Shown here: in pieces, positions 40,604-51,380 of the stretch | How the letters are laid out: each line of letters opens with the position of its first letter | How positions within the stretch are numbered: the first letter of the stretch is position 1 | Assembly (NCBI GenBank): GCA_963725065.1 | Contig: CAVRXD010000041.1 | Location: 12,185 to 76,184, forward strand | Length of the DNA stretch: 64,000 nt | Source of the DNA: an uncultured Alphaproteobacteria bacterium | GTDB taxonomy: Bacteria; Pseudomonadota; Alphaproteobacteria; Rhizobiales; Xanthobacteraceae | Direction: 5' to 3' | Program-made: the position numbers and the translations under genes | Notes under the pieces: model-generated | What the model saw: the letters and a program-made list of their open reading frames with translations, nothing else | Told to the model about the DNA's origin: nothing | The model's database searches: none

Positions 40604-42679
40604 CTACTCCGCCGCGGTGAGGGCGGTGTGGCCCTCGGCGAGCACCGAGCATTCCGCCATGATGACGGACGCCCGCGCGATCGGATTGGTGAGATAGAAA
40701 TCGTCGACGGCCGAGCCAAACACCGCCTTGTCCGGGCTGCCGCCGCGCGCCGCGAGCGCAGTGATATCCGCGGCGTCGCCCGGCGCAATCTGATCGGCGC
40801 GCTGCAGATGCGGGTGCGCCTTGAACAGGGTCTGGCGTAGTTGCGCGAGCGAGTCGTACGGCAGTTTTCGCCCCAGCACATCCGAAAGCGCGCGCAGGAT
40901 CGCCCAGTCTTCGCGCGCCTCGCCCGGCGGAAACGAGGCACGCCCCGCCATCTGCACGCGTCCTTCCGTGTTGACGTAGATGCCGGACTTCTCGGGATAG
41001 GCCGCGCCCGGAAGGATGACATCGGCGCGGTGCGCGCCCCGATCGCCGTGCGCCCCGACATAAACCACGAAGGCGCCGGGCGCGATTTCCATCTCATCGG
41101 CCCCCAGCAGGAACACCACGTCGAGCGCGCCGGCCGCCGCGATCTCCTGCGCCGTGCGCCCGCCGGTAGCGGGCACGAAGCCGACGTCGAGCGCACCGAC
41201 GCGTGACGCCGCCGTGTGCAAGACCGAATAGCCGTTCCAGCCGTCCGTGCCCGCGCCCTGCGCGGCGCGTGCGGCGAGCGAGGCGACGGCAGCGCCGTCC
41301 GGTCGAGCCAGCGCGCCCATGCCGACGATCACCAGCGGATGCTGGGCTTGCTTCAGCACCTTGCCGAACTCGTGCGTCCCGCTGGCGACATCCGCCAGCG
41401 TCTGCGGCCCGGCGCCGAGGTATTCGTAGGGATAGGTGAGATCGGCCCGCTCGCCGATCATGCCGATCGGAATCGCGCCGGCTCGCCAGCGCTTGCGGAT
41501 ACGCCCATTGAGTACAGCGGCTTCGCGCCGCGGGTTGGATCCGACGATGAGCAATGCGTCGGCCTTCTCGATGCCGGCAATGGTCGCGTTGAAGAGGTAG
41601 CTCGCCCTCCCCCATTTTGGATCGAGCGCCGCGCCATCCTGCCGGCAGTCAATATTGGCGACCCCGAGCCGAGTCATCAGATCCTTGAGCGCGAATATCT
41701 CCTCGACCGCCGCGAGGTCGCCGACGATGGCGCCGATCCGCCTCGGGTCGGCGCCATCGACCTTTGCGGCGATGGCGTCGAATGCATCCCGCCACGAAGC
41801 CGGATAGAGCCGCCCGTCCTCGCGAACGTAGGGCTGGTCGAGACGCTGGGCGCGCAGGCCGTCGACGACGTGGCGGGTCTTGTCGGAAATCCACTCCTCG
41901 TTCACGTCGTCGTTCACGCGCGGAAGGATGCGCATGACCTCGCGTCCCCGCGTATCGATGCGAATGGCCGAACCGACGGCGTCCATGACGTCGATCAACT
42001 CGGTCTTGTCCAGTTCCCACGGCCGCGCGGCGAAGGAGTAGGGCTTGGAGGTCAGGGCGCCGACCGGACAAAGATCGACCACGTTGCCCTGCAGTTCGGA
42101 CGTCATCGCCTGCTCGAGGTAGGTCGTGATCTCCGTGTCCTCGCCGCGTCCGATGGCGCCGAGCTCCGGTACGCCGGCGACCTCGGTCATGAATCGAACG
42201 CACCGCGTGCAATGAATGCAGCGATTCATGATGGTCTTGACCAGCAGCCCGACGTACTTGTCCTCGACCGCGCGCTTGTTCTCCGCGAAGCGGCTGGAGT
42301 CCACGCCGTAGGCCATCGCCTGGTCCTGCAGGTCGCATTCCCCGCCCTGGTCGCAGATCGGGCAATCGAGGGGGTGATTGATCAGCAGGAACTCCATCAC
42401 GCCTTCGCGCGCCTTGCGCACCATCGGCGTCTTGGTGTTCACCTCGGGGGGCTCGCCATTGGGACCGGGCCGGCAGTCGCGCACCCCCCAGGCGCATGAC
42501 GCCACGGGCTTGGGCGAGCCCTTGAGCTCGACCAGGCACATGCGGCAATTGCCCGCGATCGAGAGCCGCTCGTGGAAGCAGAAGCGCGGGATTTCCACCC
42601 CCGCGGCCTCACACGCCTGCAGCAGCGTGTAGGCCGGCGGGACGTCGATTTCCTTGCCGTCGACGATAAGCTTGGTCAT
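40604..42679 (-). CDS. nuoG: NADH-quinone oxidoreductase subunit G
   Basis: 691 aa from [13 protein letters not shown] (the ATG follows GAGG), with the 2Fe-2S/4Fe-4S motifs [28 protein letters not shown] and [10 protein letters not shown]. Confidence 0.93.
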   Translation of the reverse strand: MTKLIVDGKEIDVPPAYTLLQACEAAGVEIPRFCFHERLSIAGNCRMCLVELKGSPKPVASCAWGVRDCRPGPNGEPPEVNTKTPMVRKAREGVMEFLLINHPLDCPICDQGGECDLQDQAMAYGVDSSRFAENKRAVEDKYVGLLVKTIMNRCIHCTRCVRFMTEVAGVPELGAIGRGEDTEITTYLEQAMTSELQGNVVDLCPVGALTSKPYSFAARPWELDKTELIDVMDAVGSAIRIDTRGREVMRILPRVNDDVNEEWISDKTRHVVDGLRAQRLDQPYVREDGRLYPASWRDAFDAIAAKVDGADPRRIGAIVGDLAAVEEIFALKDLMTRLGVANIDCRQDGAALDPKWGRASYLFNATIAGIEKADALLIVGSNPRREAAVLNGRIRKRWRAGAIPIGMIGERADLTYPYEYLGAGPQTLADVASGTHEFGKVLKQAQHPLVIVGMGALARPDGAAVASLAARAAQGAGTDGWNGYSVLHTAASRVGALDVGFVPATGGRTAQEIAAAGALDVVFLLGADEMEIAPGAFVVYVGAHGDRGAHRADVILPGAAYPEKSGIYVNTEGRVQMAGRASFPPGEAREDWAILRALSDVLGRKLPYDSLAQLRQTLFKAHPHLQRADQIAPGDAADITALAARGGSPDKAVFGSAVDDFYLTNPIARASVIMAECSVLAEGHTALTAAE

Positions 42680-42686
42680 CGCTGCC

Positions 42687-43076
42687 TCATAATCCAAGCC
42701 ACGGCTTCACGGAGACGTAGAGGAACGCCACGGCAACTCCTGCACCTGCAATAAGAAGGCGCAGCCGATGAGGGTTATTGCGATCAAGGCAAACGAGCGC
42801 GAACAATGCCGCTCCAATTCCGGCAATGACTACCGCGGCAAGCCGACCAGCTGGATTTGGAAAGGGCAACAGGATTGCCAGCGCGGGGGCAAAATAAGCG
42901 CAAAGGATCAGAACGTTGAGCCACCATTTCTTCCCACGAGTGGAAGCCTCGTTTGATTCCACCGACGGGACAAGAATGCGATCACTGCTCGTAACACCCA
43001 ACGAGCCAAGATCGAGATCCGTAGAATGGGCCCCGGAGGATCCGCGATGACCCGGGTGTTCTGTTGCCATGAACAT
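42687..43076 (-). CDS. hypothetical 129-aa three-TM membrane protein inserted between nuoF and nuoG
   Basis: The start lies 3 nt after the nuoF stop and the stop lies 7 nt before the nuoG ATG. The N-terminal roughly 45 aa are hydrophilic, followed by WWLNVLILCAYFAPALAILLPF, LAAVVIAGIGAALFALVCL and LLIAGAGVAVAFLYVSV. The region is visibly more A/T-rich than its neighbours (by eye). Confidence 0.6.
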   Translation of the reverse strand: MFMATEHPGHRGSSGAHSTDLDLGSLGVTSSDRILVPSVESNEASTRGKKWWLNVLILCAYFAPALAILLPFPNPAGRLAAVVIAGIGAALFALVCLDRNNPHRLRLLIAGAGVAVAFLYVSVKPWLGL

Positions 43077-43079
43077 CCC

Positions 43080-44381
43080 CTACTCCGCCGCAATCCGCAC
43101 CGGATCCGGGTGCGGGTTCGCCGCATATTCGTCGATACGCCGCTCGATCTCGGGCCGGAAGTGGCGCAGGAGGCCTTGCACCGGCCAGGCGGCGCCGTCG
43201 CCGAAGGCGCAGATGGTGTGGCCTTCGATCTGCGTGGTGACTTCCATCAGCATGTCGATTTCGCGCTTGTGCGCGCGGCCTTCCGCCATGCGGGTGAGCA
43301 CCCGCCACATCCAGCCCATGCCTTCCCGGCAGGGCGTGCACTGGCCGCAGCTTTCGTGCTTGTAGAAATACGAGATGCGGGCCATCGCACGGACGATGTC
43401 GGTCGACCTGTCCATGACGATCACTGCCGCGGTGCCGAGCGCGGATTTGTGCTCCCGGCAGCCGTCGAAATCCATGAGCAGGTGATCGCATTCATTGGCC
43501 GGGATGAGCGGCATCGAGGAGCCGCCGGGAATGACGGCGAGCAGGTTGTCCCAGCCGCCGAGAACGCCGCCGGCATGGGTGTCGACCAGTTCGCGCAACG
43601 GGATCCCCATTGCTTCCTCGACGGTGCAAGGCTTCTGCACGTGGCCGGAGATGCAGAACAGCTTGGTGCCGGTATTGTTGGGCCGTCCGATGCCGGCGAA
43701 CCAGGCCGCGCCGCGCCGCAGGATGTCCGGCACGACCGCGATCGACTCGACGTTGTTGACCGTGCTCGGGCAGCCGTAGAGGCCGACATTGGCCGGGAAC
43801 GGCGGCTTCAGACGCGGCTGGCCCTTCTTGCCTTCGAGGCTTTCGAGCAGCGCGGTCTCCTCGCCGCAGATATAGGCGCCGGCGCCGTGATGGACCACGA
43901 GGTCGAACGGAAAACCGTGAACGTTGTCCTTGCCGATGAGACGAGCCTCATAGGCCTGGTCCACCGCCGCCTGCAGACGTTCGCGTTCACGGATGAACTC
44001 GCCGCGGATATAGATGTAGCAGTGGTTCGCATTCATTGAGAACGCGGCGATCAAGCAGCCCTCGATCAGGAGATGCGGGTCGTGCCGCATGATCTCGCGA
44101 TCCTTGCAGGTGCCGGGTTCGGACTCGTCGGCGTTGACCACGAGATAATGCGGCCGGCCGTCCGACTGCTTGGGCATGAACGACCATTTGAGCCCGGTCG
44201 GGAAGCCGGCGCCGCCGCGGCCGCGCAGCCCCGAGGCCTTCACCTCGTTGATGATCCAGTCGCGGCCCTTCTCCAGCATTGCCTTGGTGCCGTCCCAGGC
44301 GCCCCGCGCGCGCGCGCCTTCAAGGCCCCAGTCGTGGAGACCATAGAGATTGGTGAAAATGCGGTCCTTGTCCTGGAGCAT
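43080..44381 (-). CDS. nuoF: NADH-quinone oxidoreductase subunit F
   Basis: 433 aa from [14 protein letters not shown], with [13 protein letters not shown] (FMN site), [20 protein letters not shown] and [12 protein letters not shown] (N3 cluster). The ATG shares one nt with the nuoE stop. The 117 upstream codons of the track ORF lie inside nuoE. Confidence 0.93.
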   Translation of the reverse strand: MLQDKDRIFTNLYGLHDWGLEGARARGAWDGTKAMLEKGRDWIINEVKASGLRGRGGAGFPTGLKWSFMPKQSDGRPHYLVVNADESEPGTCKDREIMRHDPHLLIEGCLIAAFSMNANHCYIYIRGEFIRERERLQAAVDQAYEARLIGKDNVHGFPFDLVVHHGAGAYICGEETALLESLEGKKGQPRLKPPFPANVGLYGCPSTVNNVESIAVVPDILRRGAAWFAGIGRPNNTGTKLFCISGHVQKPCTVEEAMGIPLRELVDTHAGGVLGGWDNLLAVIPGGSSMPLIPANECDHLLMDFDGCREHKSALGTAAVIVMDRSTDIVRAMARISYFYKHESCGQCTPCREGMGWMWRVLTRMAEGRAHKREIDMLMEVTTQIEGHTICAFGDGAAWPVQGLLRHFRPEIERRIDEYAANPHPDPVRIAAE

Positions 44382-45130
44382 CACGACTTTCCGCTTGCGG
44401 ATGAATCGGCGGCCGGAGGCTTCGGCACCGGCGCTTCGCGCAGGTTCGCGGCCGCCCCCGGCGTCTTGGCGTCGGCGTCGAGCAGCGCCGGTTGCAGCCC
44501 CTGCCCCGGCCTGCGGCGCGCATAGAGATTGGGATCGGTGAGCGTGGTCGGACCGCCCAGAGGCGCGGAGAGCTGACGATCGACCTGCGGACCGGGCTTG
44601 ACCGGTTTGCCATCCGCGAGGTCGGCGAGCAGCGTGGTGAAGCTCTTGGGGGTCAGATCCTCGTAGTAGTCGAAATTGATCTGCGCGACCGGCGCGTTCA
44701 CGCAGGCGCCGAGACACTCGACCTCGACCCACGACAGCTTGCCGTCCGCGGTGACGTGAAACTGCTCGCCGATCTTATCGTGGCAGAGCTTGATCAGCTT
44801 GTCGGCGCCGCGCAGCACGCAGGGCGTGGTGCCGCAGAGCTGGACATGGAATTGTCCGACCGGCTCCAGATTGAACATGGTGTAGAAGGTCGCGACCTCG
44901 AGCGCGCGGATCTTCGGCATGCCGAGAAGGGCCGCGACGTGCTCGATCGCCTTCTGCGGCAGCCAGCCGCCGGCCTGCTCCTGCGCGCGCCACAGGATCG
45001 GAATGATCGCCGACGCCTGCCGGCCTTCCGGATACCTGGCGATCTGGCCCTTGGCCCAATCGAGGTTCTCGGCCGTGAAGGCGAAGCTCTTGGGCTGCAG
45101 CGCGGGCTCGGCGAGGCGACGTACGGCCAT
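44381..45130 (-). CDS. nuoE: NADH-quinone oxidoreductase subunit E
   Basis: 249-aa ORF with ...[15 protein letters not shown]... and ...[11 protein letters not shown]... (2Fe-2S N1a ligands), plus a roughly 70-aa low-complexity Pro/Ala C-terminal tail. Confidence 0.92.
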   Translation of the reverse strand: MAVRRLAEPALQPKSFAFTAENLDWAKGQIARYPEGRQASAIIPILWRAQEQAGGWLPQKAIEHVAALLGMPKIRALEVATFYTMFNLEPVGQFHVQLCGTTPCVLRGADKLIKLCHDKIGEQFHVTADGKLSWVEVECLGACVNAPVAQINFDYYEDLTPKSFTTLLADLADGKPVKPGPQVDRQLSAPLGGPTTLTDPNLYARRRPGQGLQPALLDADAKTPGAAANLREAPVPKPPAADSSASGKS

Positions 45131-45133
45131 AAC

Positions 45134-45406
45134 TTAATCGCTCCTCCGCTCATCAGGAGTCGCGACATGGCACGACCAGTTTACGTTCCGGGCCCCAGGC
45201 TTGCCCCGGGTACGATCGATCGCCGGTGTATTGTCACAGGTACAGCTCCCGTCCGTCAGAACGAAAAACTCCACTTTGCCGACGTCACCGCTCGCGATCT
45301 CCTGGAAGCGATCTGGCAGCCGTTGAAGTGCGGCGTATCGATCGCAAGATTGCTCGGCAGCGCCGGCCGCGGTGGCGATTGCGGCCGCAGCCGCGGTACC
45401 GGACAT
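45134..45406 (-). CDS. candidate 90-aa hypothetical protein filling the nuoD-nuoE gap
   Basis: The ATG lies 11 nt after the nuoD stop and the TAA lies 3 nt before the nuoE ATG. The sequence is MSGTAAAAAIATAAGAAEQSCDRYAALQRLPDRFQEIASGDVGKVEFFVLTDGSCTCDNTPAIDRTRGKPGARNVNWSCHVATPDERRSD. There is no obvious SD, and I recognise no family. Confidence 0.4.
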   Translation of the reverse strand: MSGTAAAAAIATAAGAAEQSCDRYAALQRLPDRFQEIASGDVGKVEFFVLTDGSCTCDNTPAIDRTRGKPGARNVNWSCHVATPDERRSD

Positions 45407-45417
45407 ACCGAGCAATC

Positions 45418-46608
45418 TCACCGATCCACCTCCCCGAACACGATGTCGAGCGAGCCGAGGATCGCCGACACGTCGGCGAGCATGTATCCCTTGCAGAGAA
45501 AATCCATCGCCTGGAGATGCGCGAAACCCGGCGCCCGGATATGGCACTTGTAGGGTTTGTTGGTGCCGTCGGCGACCAGATAGACGCCGAACTCGCCCTT
45601 GGGCGCCTCGACCGCGGCATAGACCTCGCCGGCGGGAACGTGGAATCCTTCGGTATAGAGCTTGAAATGATGGATGAGCGCTTCCATGGAGCGCTTCATC
45701 TCGGCGCGCTTGGGAGGGACGATCTTGTGGTCGTCGACGGTCACCGGTCCCCGTCCTTCTTCCGAGCGCAGCTTCTCCAGACACTGCTTCATGATGACGA
45801 TGGACTGGCGCATCTCCTCCATGCGGATGCAGTAGCGATCGTAGTTGTCGCCGTTCTTGCCGATCGGAATGTCGAAATCGAGCTCGGCGTAACACTCGTA
45901 GGGCTGCGCCTTGCGCAGATCCCACGCGGCACCCGATCCGCGCACCATGACGCCGGAAAAACCCCAGGCCCATGCGTCGGCGAGCGTGACCACGCCGATG
46001 TCGACGTTGCGCTGCTTGAAGATACGATTGCCGGTCAGCAAGTCTTCGAGGTCATCGCAGACCTTAAGGAACGGATCGCAGAACGCCCAGATGTCGTCGA
46101 CGAGCCTTGGCGGCAGGTCCTGGTGCACGCCCCCGACGCGGAAATACGCGGCATGCATGCGGCTGCCGGACGCCCGCTCATAGAACGTCATGAGCTTTTC
46201 GCGTTCCTCGAACCCCCAGAGCGGGGGCGTCAGGGCGCCGACGTCCATGGCCTGCGTGGTCACGTTGAGAAGATGCGACAACAGCCGCCCGATCTCGCAG
46301 TAAAGCACGCGGATCAGTTGCGCGCGCTTGGGCACCTCGAGCCGCAGCAGTTTTTCGGCCGCGAGACAGAAGGCATGCTCCTGGTTCATCGGCGCGACAT
46401 AGTCGAGCCGGTCGAAATAGGGAATTGCCTGCAGATAGGTCTTGGCTTCGATCAGCTTCTCGGTGCCGCGATGCAACAGTCCGATGTGCGGATCGACGCG
46501 CTCGACCACCTCGCCGTCGAGTTCCAGCACCAGGCGCAGAACGCCGTGCGCGGCCGGGTGCTGCGGTCCGAAATTGATGGTGAAATTACGCAGCTCCGTT
46601 TCGGCCAT
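45418..46608 (-). CDS. nuoD: NADH-quinone oxidoreductase subunit D
   Basis: 396-aa ORF starting [33 protein letters not shown] and ending ...[13 protein letters not shown]. Confidence 0.95.
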   Translation of the reverse strand: MAETELRNFTINFGPQHPAAHGVLRLVLELDGEVVERVDPHIGLLHRGTEKLIEAKTYLQAIPYFDRLDYVAPMNQEHAFCLAAEKLLRLEVPKRAQLIRVLYCEIGRLLSHLLNVTTQAMDVGALTPPLWGFEEREKLMTFYERASGSRMHAAYFRVGGVHQDLPPRLVDDIWAFCDPFLKVCDDLEDLLTGNRIFKQRNVDIGVVTLADAWAWGFSGVMVRGSGAAWDLRKAQPYECYAELDFDIPIGKNGDNYDRYCIRMEEMRQSIVIMKQCLEKLRSEEGRGPVTVDDHKIVPPKRAEMKRSMEALIHHFKLYTEGFHVPAGEVYAAVEAPKGEFGVYLVADGTNKPYKCHIRAPGFAHLQAMDFLCKGYMLADVSAILGSLDIVFGEVDR

Positions 46609-46738
46609 GACTCAACTCGCTCCAGCTGCGAGCGGCGCGCAGCGAACCGTCGCGAACGGCGAGCGGCGAACCGCAAGCAGACGGCTACTCGCTGTTCGAG
46701 ATTTCCGGTACCCCCGCTCCGCGAGCGTCGGCCTCATC

Positions 46739-47353
46739 TCAAGACCCCTTCCCGCTCGTGGCCTTCTCGTCCCCCGGCAGGCTGTAGCCCGGACCTTCCC
46801 ACGGCGAGAGGAAATCGAAATTGCGGAATTCCTGGCTGAGGCTCACCTTCTCGTACACGACGCGCTTCTGCTCGTCGTCATAGCGGACCTCGACGAACCC
46901 GGTGAGCGGAAAATCCTTGCGCAGGGGATGGCCCTCGAAGCCGTAGTCAGTGAGCAGCCGGCGCATGTCCGGATGGCCGGTGAAGACGACACCGTAGAGA
47001 TCGTAGGTCTCGCGCTCGAACCAGTTGGCGCCGGGAAAGACGTCGATGATGGAAGCGACAGGCGTCTTCTCGTCGACCTCGAGCTTCACCCGGATGCGCA
47101 GGTTCAGCTTGGGCGAGAGCAGATGGTAGACGATGTCGAAGCGCCGCTCGCGCCCGGGCCAGTCGATCGCCGTGACGTCGAGCAAGCTCAGGAATTGGCA
47201 GCGCTCGTCGTCGCGCAGGAAGGTTGCGAGCTTCACGATGTCGCGCGCGACCGCATGAATCGTCAATTCGCCGTTCGCCACCGAGTGGCTCGTGATCGAG
47301 CCCGGCAGCGCGCCGGCGATGGTCTCGCCGAGTTTGTCGAGCGTTTCATCCAT
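46739..47353 (-). CDS. nuoC: NADH-quinone oxidoreductase subunit C
   Basis: 204-aa ORF with ...[46 protein letters not shown]... Confidence 0.93.
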   Translation of the reverse strand: MDETLDKLGETIAGALPGSITSHSVANGELTIHAVARDIVKLATFLRDDERCQFLSLLDVTAIDWPGRERRFDIVYHLLSPKLNLRIRVKLEVDEKTPVASIIDVFPGANWFERETYDLYGVVFTGHPDMRRLLTDYGFEGHPLRKDFPLTGFVEVRYDDEQKRVVYEKVSLSQEFRNFDFLSPWEGPGYSLPGDEKATSGKGS

Positions 47354-47365
47354 GGCGTGAAACCA

Positions 47366-47941
47366 TCAGCGCTCGATCGTGCCGGTGCGGCGGATCTTTT
47401 TCTGCAGCAACATGACGCCGTAGAGCAGCGCCTCGGCGGTCGGTGGGCAGCCGGGCACGTAGATGTCGACCGGAACGATACGGTCGCAGCCGCGCACGAC
47501 CGAGTAGGAATAGTGGTAGTAGCCGCCGCCGTTGGCGCACGAGCCCATGGAGATGACGTAACGCGGCTCCGGCATCTGGTCGTAGACCTTGCGCAAGGCC
47601 GGCGCCATCTTGTTGGTGAGCGTGCCGGCGACGATCATCACATCGGACTGCCGGGGCGAGCCTCGCGGCGCGAAGCCGAAGCGCTCCGCGTCGTAGCGCG
47701 GCATCGACATCTGCATCATCTCGACCGCACAGCAGGCCAGCCCGAAGGTCATCCACATCAGCGAGCCCGTGCGCGCCCAGGTGATGAGGTCGTCGCTCAC
47801 GGCAACGAGAAAGCCCTTGTCCGAGAGCTGGTCGTTCAGGCCGGTAAAAAATCTGTCATCGGCGCCGACGGGCTTGCCCGTGCGCGGGTCGAGAATGCCC
47901 CTGGCGGGCGGTGCGACGACGGTCGTGCGCTCTAATCCCAT
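47366..47941 (-). CDS. nuoB: NADH-quinone oxidoreductase subunit B
   Basis: 191 aa from MGLERTT (the ATG lies 7 nt after AAGGAG), with the N2 ligands [23 protein letters not shown] and [11 protein letters not shown]. It overlaps the nuoA end by 10 nt. Confidence 0.92.
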   Translation of the reverse strand: MGLERTTVVAPPARGILDPRTGKPVGADDRFFTGLNDQLSDKGFLVAVSDDLITWARTGSLMWMTFGLACCAVEMMQMSMPRYDAERFGFAPRGSPRQSDVMIVAGTLTNKMAPALRKVYDQMPEPRYVISMGSCANGGGYYHYSYSVVRGCDRIVPVDIYVPGCPPTAEALLYGVMLLQKKIRRTGTIER

Positions 47942-48297
47942 TCGAGCGCTCCTTTCCGCCACTCATATATGAAGCCGATGGTCAGAACGCCAAGGAACAC
48001 CATCATCGACCAATAGCCGAAGAGCCCGAGATCGCTTGACGCGATGGCCCAGGGAAACAGGAAGGTCATCTCCAGATCGAAGATGATGAACAGGATGGCG
48101 ACGAGATAGAAGCGCACGTCGAATTTCATGCGCGCATCGTCGAAGGCGTTGAACCCGCATTCGTAGGCCGAGAGCTTTTCTGGATCGGGCGCCTGGTAGG
48201 CGACCACGAACGGCACCAGCAGGAGCACCAGGCTGATGACAAGCGCCACTCCAATGAAGATCACGAGCGGGAGGTAATCCAGCAATAGCTCGTTCAT
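47932..48297 (-). CDS. nuoA: NADH-quinone oxidoreductase subunit A
   Basis: 121 aa from [16 protein letters not shown] (the ATG lies 6 nt after GAGG), with ...YECGF...[18 protein letters not shown]... Confidence 0.92.
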   Translation of the reverse strand: MNELLLDYLPLVIFIGVALVISLVLLLVPFVVAYQAPDPEKLSAYECGFNAFDDARMKFDVRFYLVAILFIIFDLEMTFLFPWAIASSDLGLFGYWSMMVFLGVLTIGFIYEWRKGALEWD

Positions 48298-48691
48298 CGG
48301 CGACCTCACCTCCGACGTCGCGGCCCCGCACGGAAAGCCCGCCCCGGCCCCATGCGGCCAAGGTGCCGCAGGCGCTTACGAAATCGCCCTTGTCACAGAT
48401 CGGATTCGTTCCAAGGACGGGCGCTGAGAGGGCTTAGCGCAGTGCACAATGAGAGGCAAGCCGGAGCGCTTCAAAAGCTGGTTTGCACGCCGGACGCAGC
48501 TCTTATGTAGATATTGTCGTCACCTGAGCCGTCGTGGCGCCCGGCGAGACAGCACTCCGCGGCCTTGTAGCCATGCCTGCGGTCGCCGCCAATGTCGCCG
48601 CCTGCATCCCCACGTTGCGGGCGGAACCTCTGGGCTTCCGCCCGGTCCTCGCTGTAGGCTTTCGCGAAACAATGTTGGGCAGGGAGGCGGC

Positions 48692-49576
48692 ATGCAACGC
48701 AAGGTCATGATCTCATGCGCGGTGACGGGGTCGGCGGACACGCCGGGCCGCAACCCCGCGGTGCCGGTGACCCCGGAACAGATCGCGCAGTCGGCCATCG
48801 ACGCCGCCAAGGCCGGCGCTGCCATCGTTCACATCCATGTGCGCGATCCGAAGACCACACGTCCGAGCATGGACCCTGCCCTCTACAAGGAGGTCGTGGA
48901 TCGCATTCGTGGCAGCGGCAGCGACGTCCTCATCAACCTGACCACCGGGCCGGGCGCACGCTTCGTGCCGGGCGACGAGGACCCACAAAAGCCCGGGCCG
49001 GGCACGACCATCAAGAGTCCAGCCGAGCGCGTCCGGCATGTGGTCGCTCTCAAGCCCGACATCTGCAGCCTCGACATGGGCAGCATGAATATGGGGCCTC
49101 ACGTCTTCGTCAACACGCCGCCCCACCTCGAAGCGATGGCGCTGGCGATCCGCGATGCCGGCGTCATGCCGGAACTCGAAGTATTCGAGACCGGCCATCT
49201 GCTGCTGGCCAAGCGCATGATCGAGAGCGGCCACATCAACGCGCCCGGCATGTTCCAGATTTGCCTCGGCATCGCCTGGGCCCAGCCGGCGACCCCGGAG
49301 GCGATGAGCTATATGCGCAGCCTGTTGCCGGCGAACTCGCCCTGGTTCGCCTTCGGCATATCGCTCTACCAGTTTCCCATGGTCGCACAGGCGGTGCTGC
49401 TGGGCGGGCATCCCCGGGTGGGACTTGAAGACAACATCTATCTGGAAAAGGGCAAGCTTGCGCCCAGCAACGCCGCACTGGTGGAGAAGGCCGGCAAGAT
49501 CATCGAGATCCTCGGCGACACTGTCGCCACGCCCGCCGACGCGCGCGCAATCCTAGGACTGCGGGCCGCGAGCTAG
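48692..49576 (+). CDS. BKACE-family enzyme (3-keto-5-aminohexanoate cleavage protein-like, DUF849)
   Basis: 294 aa from MQRKVMISCAVTGSADTPGRNPAVPVTPEQIAQSAIDAAKAGAAIVHIHVRDP... The ATG follows GGGAGG. The 81 upstream codons of the track ORF were rejected. Confidence 0.8.
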   Translation: MQRKVMISCAVTGSADTPGRNPAVPVTPEQIAQSAIDAAKAGAAIVHIHVRDPKTTRPSMDPALYKEVVDRIRGSGSDVLINLTTGPGARFVPGDEDPQKPGPGTTIKSPAERVRHVVALKPDICSLDMGSMNMGPHVFVNTPPHLEAMALAIRDAGVMPELEVFETGHLLLAKRMIESGHINAPGMFQICLGIAWAQPATPEAMSYMRSLLPANSPWFAFGISLYQFPMVAQAVLLGGHPRVGLEDNIYLEKGKLAPSNAALVEKAGKIIEILGDTVATPADARAILGLRAAS

Positions 49577-49792
49577 TTGGCTCGCCGCGACCGCGCCGGC
49601 GTAACGCGTGCGCGCGCGATCGGCGGATCCGGGTCGACGACCTTCGCCGCGAAGCGAAGCCTGCGCGTCGATGCGCTAGGTCACGATTGTTCTTGACGTG
49701 CGTTACCCGAATCTTCTATCGTAGAACATCATTCAAGAAATGTGCATGAGCCTGGCCGGCGTCGCCGCGCCGGGATTTTTGTGCCCCGCCGC

Positions 49793-51311
49793 CTAAGGCT
49801 TGGCCGGGGCGATCGGCTCCTTCGCGTCGATCTTCTCCAGACTGATGCCCTTGGTTTCAAAGGCGTAGGCCCGCGTGACCACGGCGCCCAGCACGCTGGT
49901 CCCAACCAGGATCAGCAGCAGGAGATCGGTGCCGATGTCCTTGAGCAGGATCGGAAACAGGAACGCGGTCAGCACCGCGCCGACCTTGCCAAACGAGGCG
50001 GCGAAACCGGCGCCGGTGCCGCGGATCGCGATCGGGAAAATCTCACCGGCGATCAGATAGGTCATGGCGTTGGGACCGATATTGGTCATGAAGCTGAACA
50101 GCATGAAGCCGGCAAAGAGCAGCACGCTGGCAAGCGCTCCTCCGACATGTAGCGACAGCGCCGCCAGCAACAGCCCCACGGCGCAGCCGATGAAGCCCAT
50201 GATCTGCAGGCGGATGCGGCCGACCCGGTCGGCCAGCAGGACCGCGCACACGATCCCGACAATCAGCAGCACGTCGATCAGCGCCGCCCCTCTGGTGGCG
50301 AGGATGTCGCTCTGGATGAGCTCGGCGGTGTTGCGCGGGTGCTCGATGCTGGCGCCGATCACGGTGGCCAGAATGGTGGGCGTGAAGATTCCGATGCCGT
50401 AGGTGCCGAGGTCCTGCAAGAACCAGGGCACCGAGGCGAGAATGGTCCGGCGCAGATGAACGCCGGCGAACAGCGCCGACCACGGCGCATGCTCGTGCGC
50501 CTGTGCGTGGGCGATTGCGGCGCCGACCGGAGCGCGCAGGACGACCTCTTTCGGATATGGAGGATCGCGCCGCAGCAGCCGCGCGGTCGCCACCTCGGCC
50601 TCTTCGACCCGCCCACGATAGGCGAGCCAGAGCGGGCTCTGGACCACGAAAAAACGGCCGATGATGACCGGCACGGCGAGCAGGATGGTGCTGGCATACA
50701 TCCAGCGCCAGGCGCCGATCGGGATTTTCGTACAGGATCAAAAATCCGATGGCCGTGCCCGCAAGGCCACCAACGGCCTGAAAGCCGAATGCCGCAAGCA
50801 CCATGCGCCCGCGAATGCGGCTCGGAATACTCTCGGAGATGATCAGATGCGCGGTCGGATAGTCGCATCCGAGCGCAAGGCCGATGCCGACGAGGGCTAC
50901 GACCACGACCAGAAACGACGCGCTGAAGGTGAGCACGAGGATGAAGATGGCGAACAGCACCATCTCGATGATGAACATCTCCTTGCGGCCGTATCGGTCG
51001 GCCAGGCCGCCCAGCGCCGTGGCGCCGATCAGGATACCGAACAGGGAGGCTGCGGCGACGACGCCCTTCTCGGTCGCCCCCAACGCGAATTCCCGTCCCA
51101 TCAGGGGCAAGGCCACGCCGGTCGTGAAGACGACCATGCCCTCGAAGAACTTGCCGGCCGCGGCGAGCCCCCAGATGAGCCACTGCATGTTGGTCATCGG
51201 GGAATAGCGCACGACGGTCGAATCCGCCCACATCGGCGTTTCGTCGATGTACTCCTGGACGGTTCGGGGCACGGCGGCGCCGCGTCCGGGCGGCGTATTC
51301 TCCACGGTCAT
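49793..51311 (-). pseudogene. MFS transporter (sugar-porter-like), interrupted by a 1-nt frameshift
   Basis: The N-terminal half is in the ORF 50043..51311 frame (..GGLADRYGRKEMF.. MFS motif A) and stays sensible up to ..AIGFLILYE. The C-terminal half continues in the ORF 49793..50701 frame (..IGAWRWMYASTILLAVP..). The two frames meet at the A4 run GAAAAT (plus-strand tttt at 50725-50728). Confidence 0.75.
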
Positions 51312-51380
51312 GACTCGCAGCCGTACGACTTCATCAAGTGAACATTGGACGAGCAGCGAGGATCATGAGTGAGCGATGTC

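Noticed and set aside
45226-47935. Long plus-strand ORFs (45226-46839 and 46442-47935). Similar ones lie at 51369-53189, 56520-58340, 58848-60260, 35010-38973 and elsewhere.
   Set aside because: All are antisense to strongly supported genes (nuoD/C/B, the propeller protein, lon, clpX, nuoL-J). Their composition is biased (R, G, A, D, H), and none has a motif or a ribosome-binding site.
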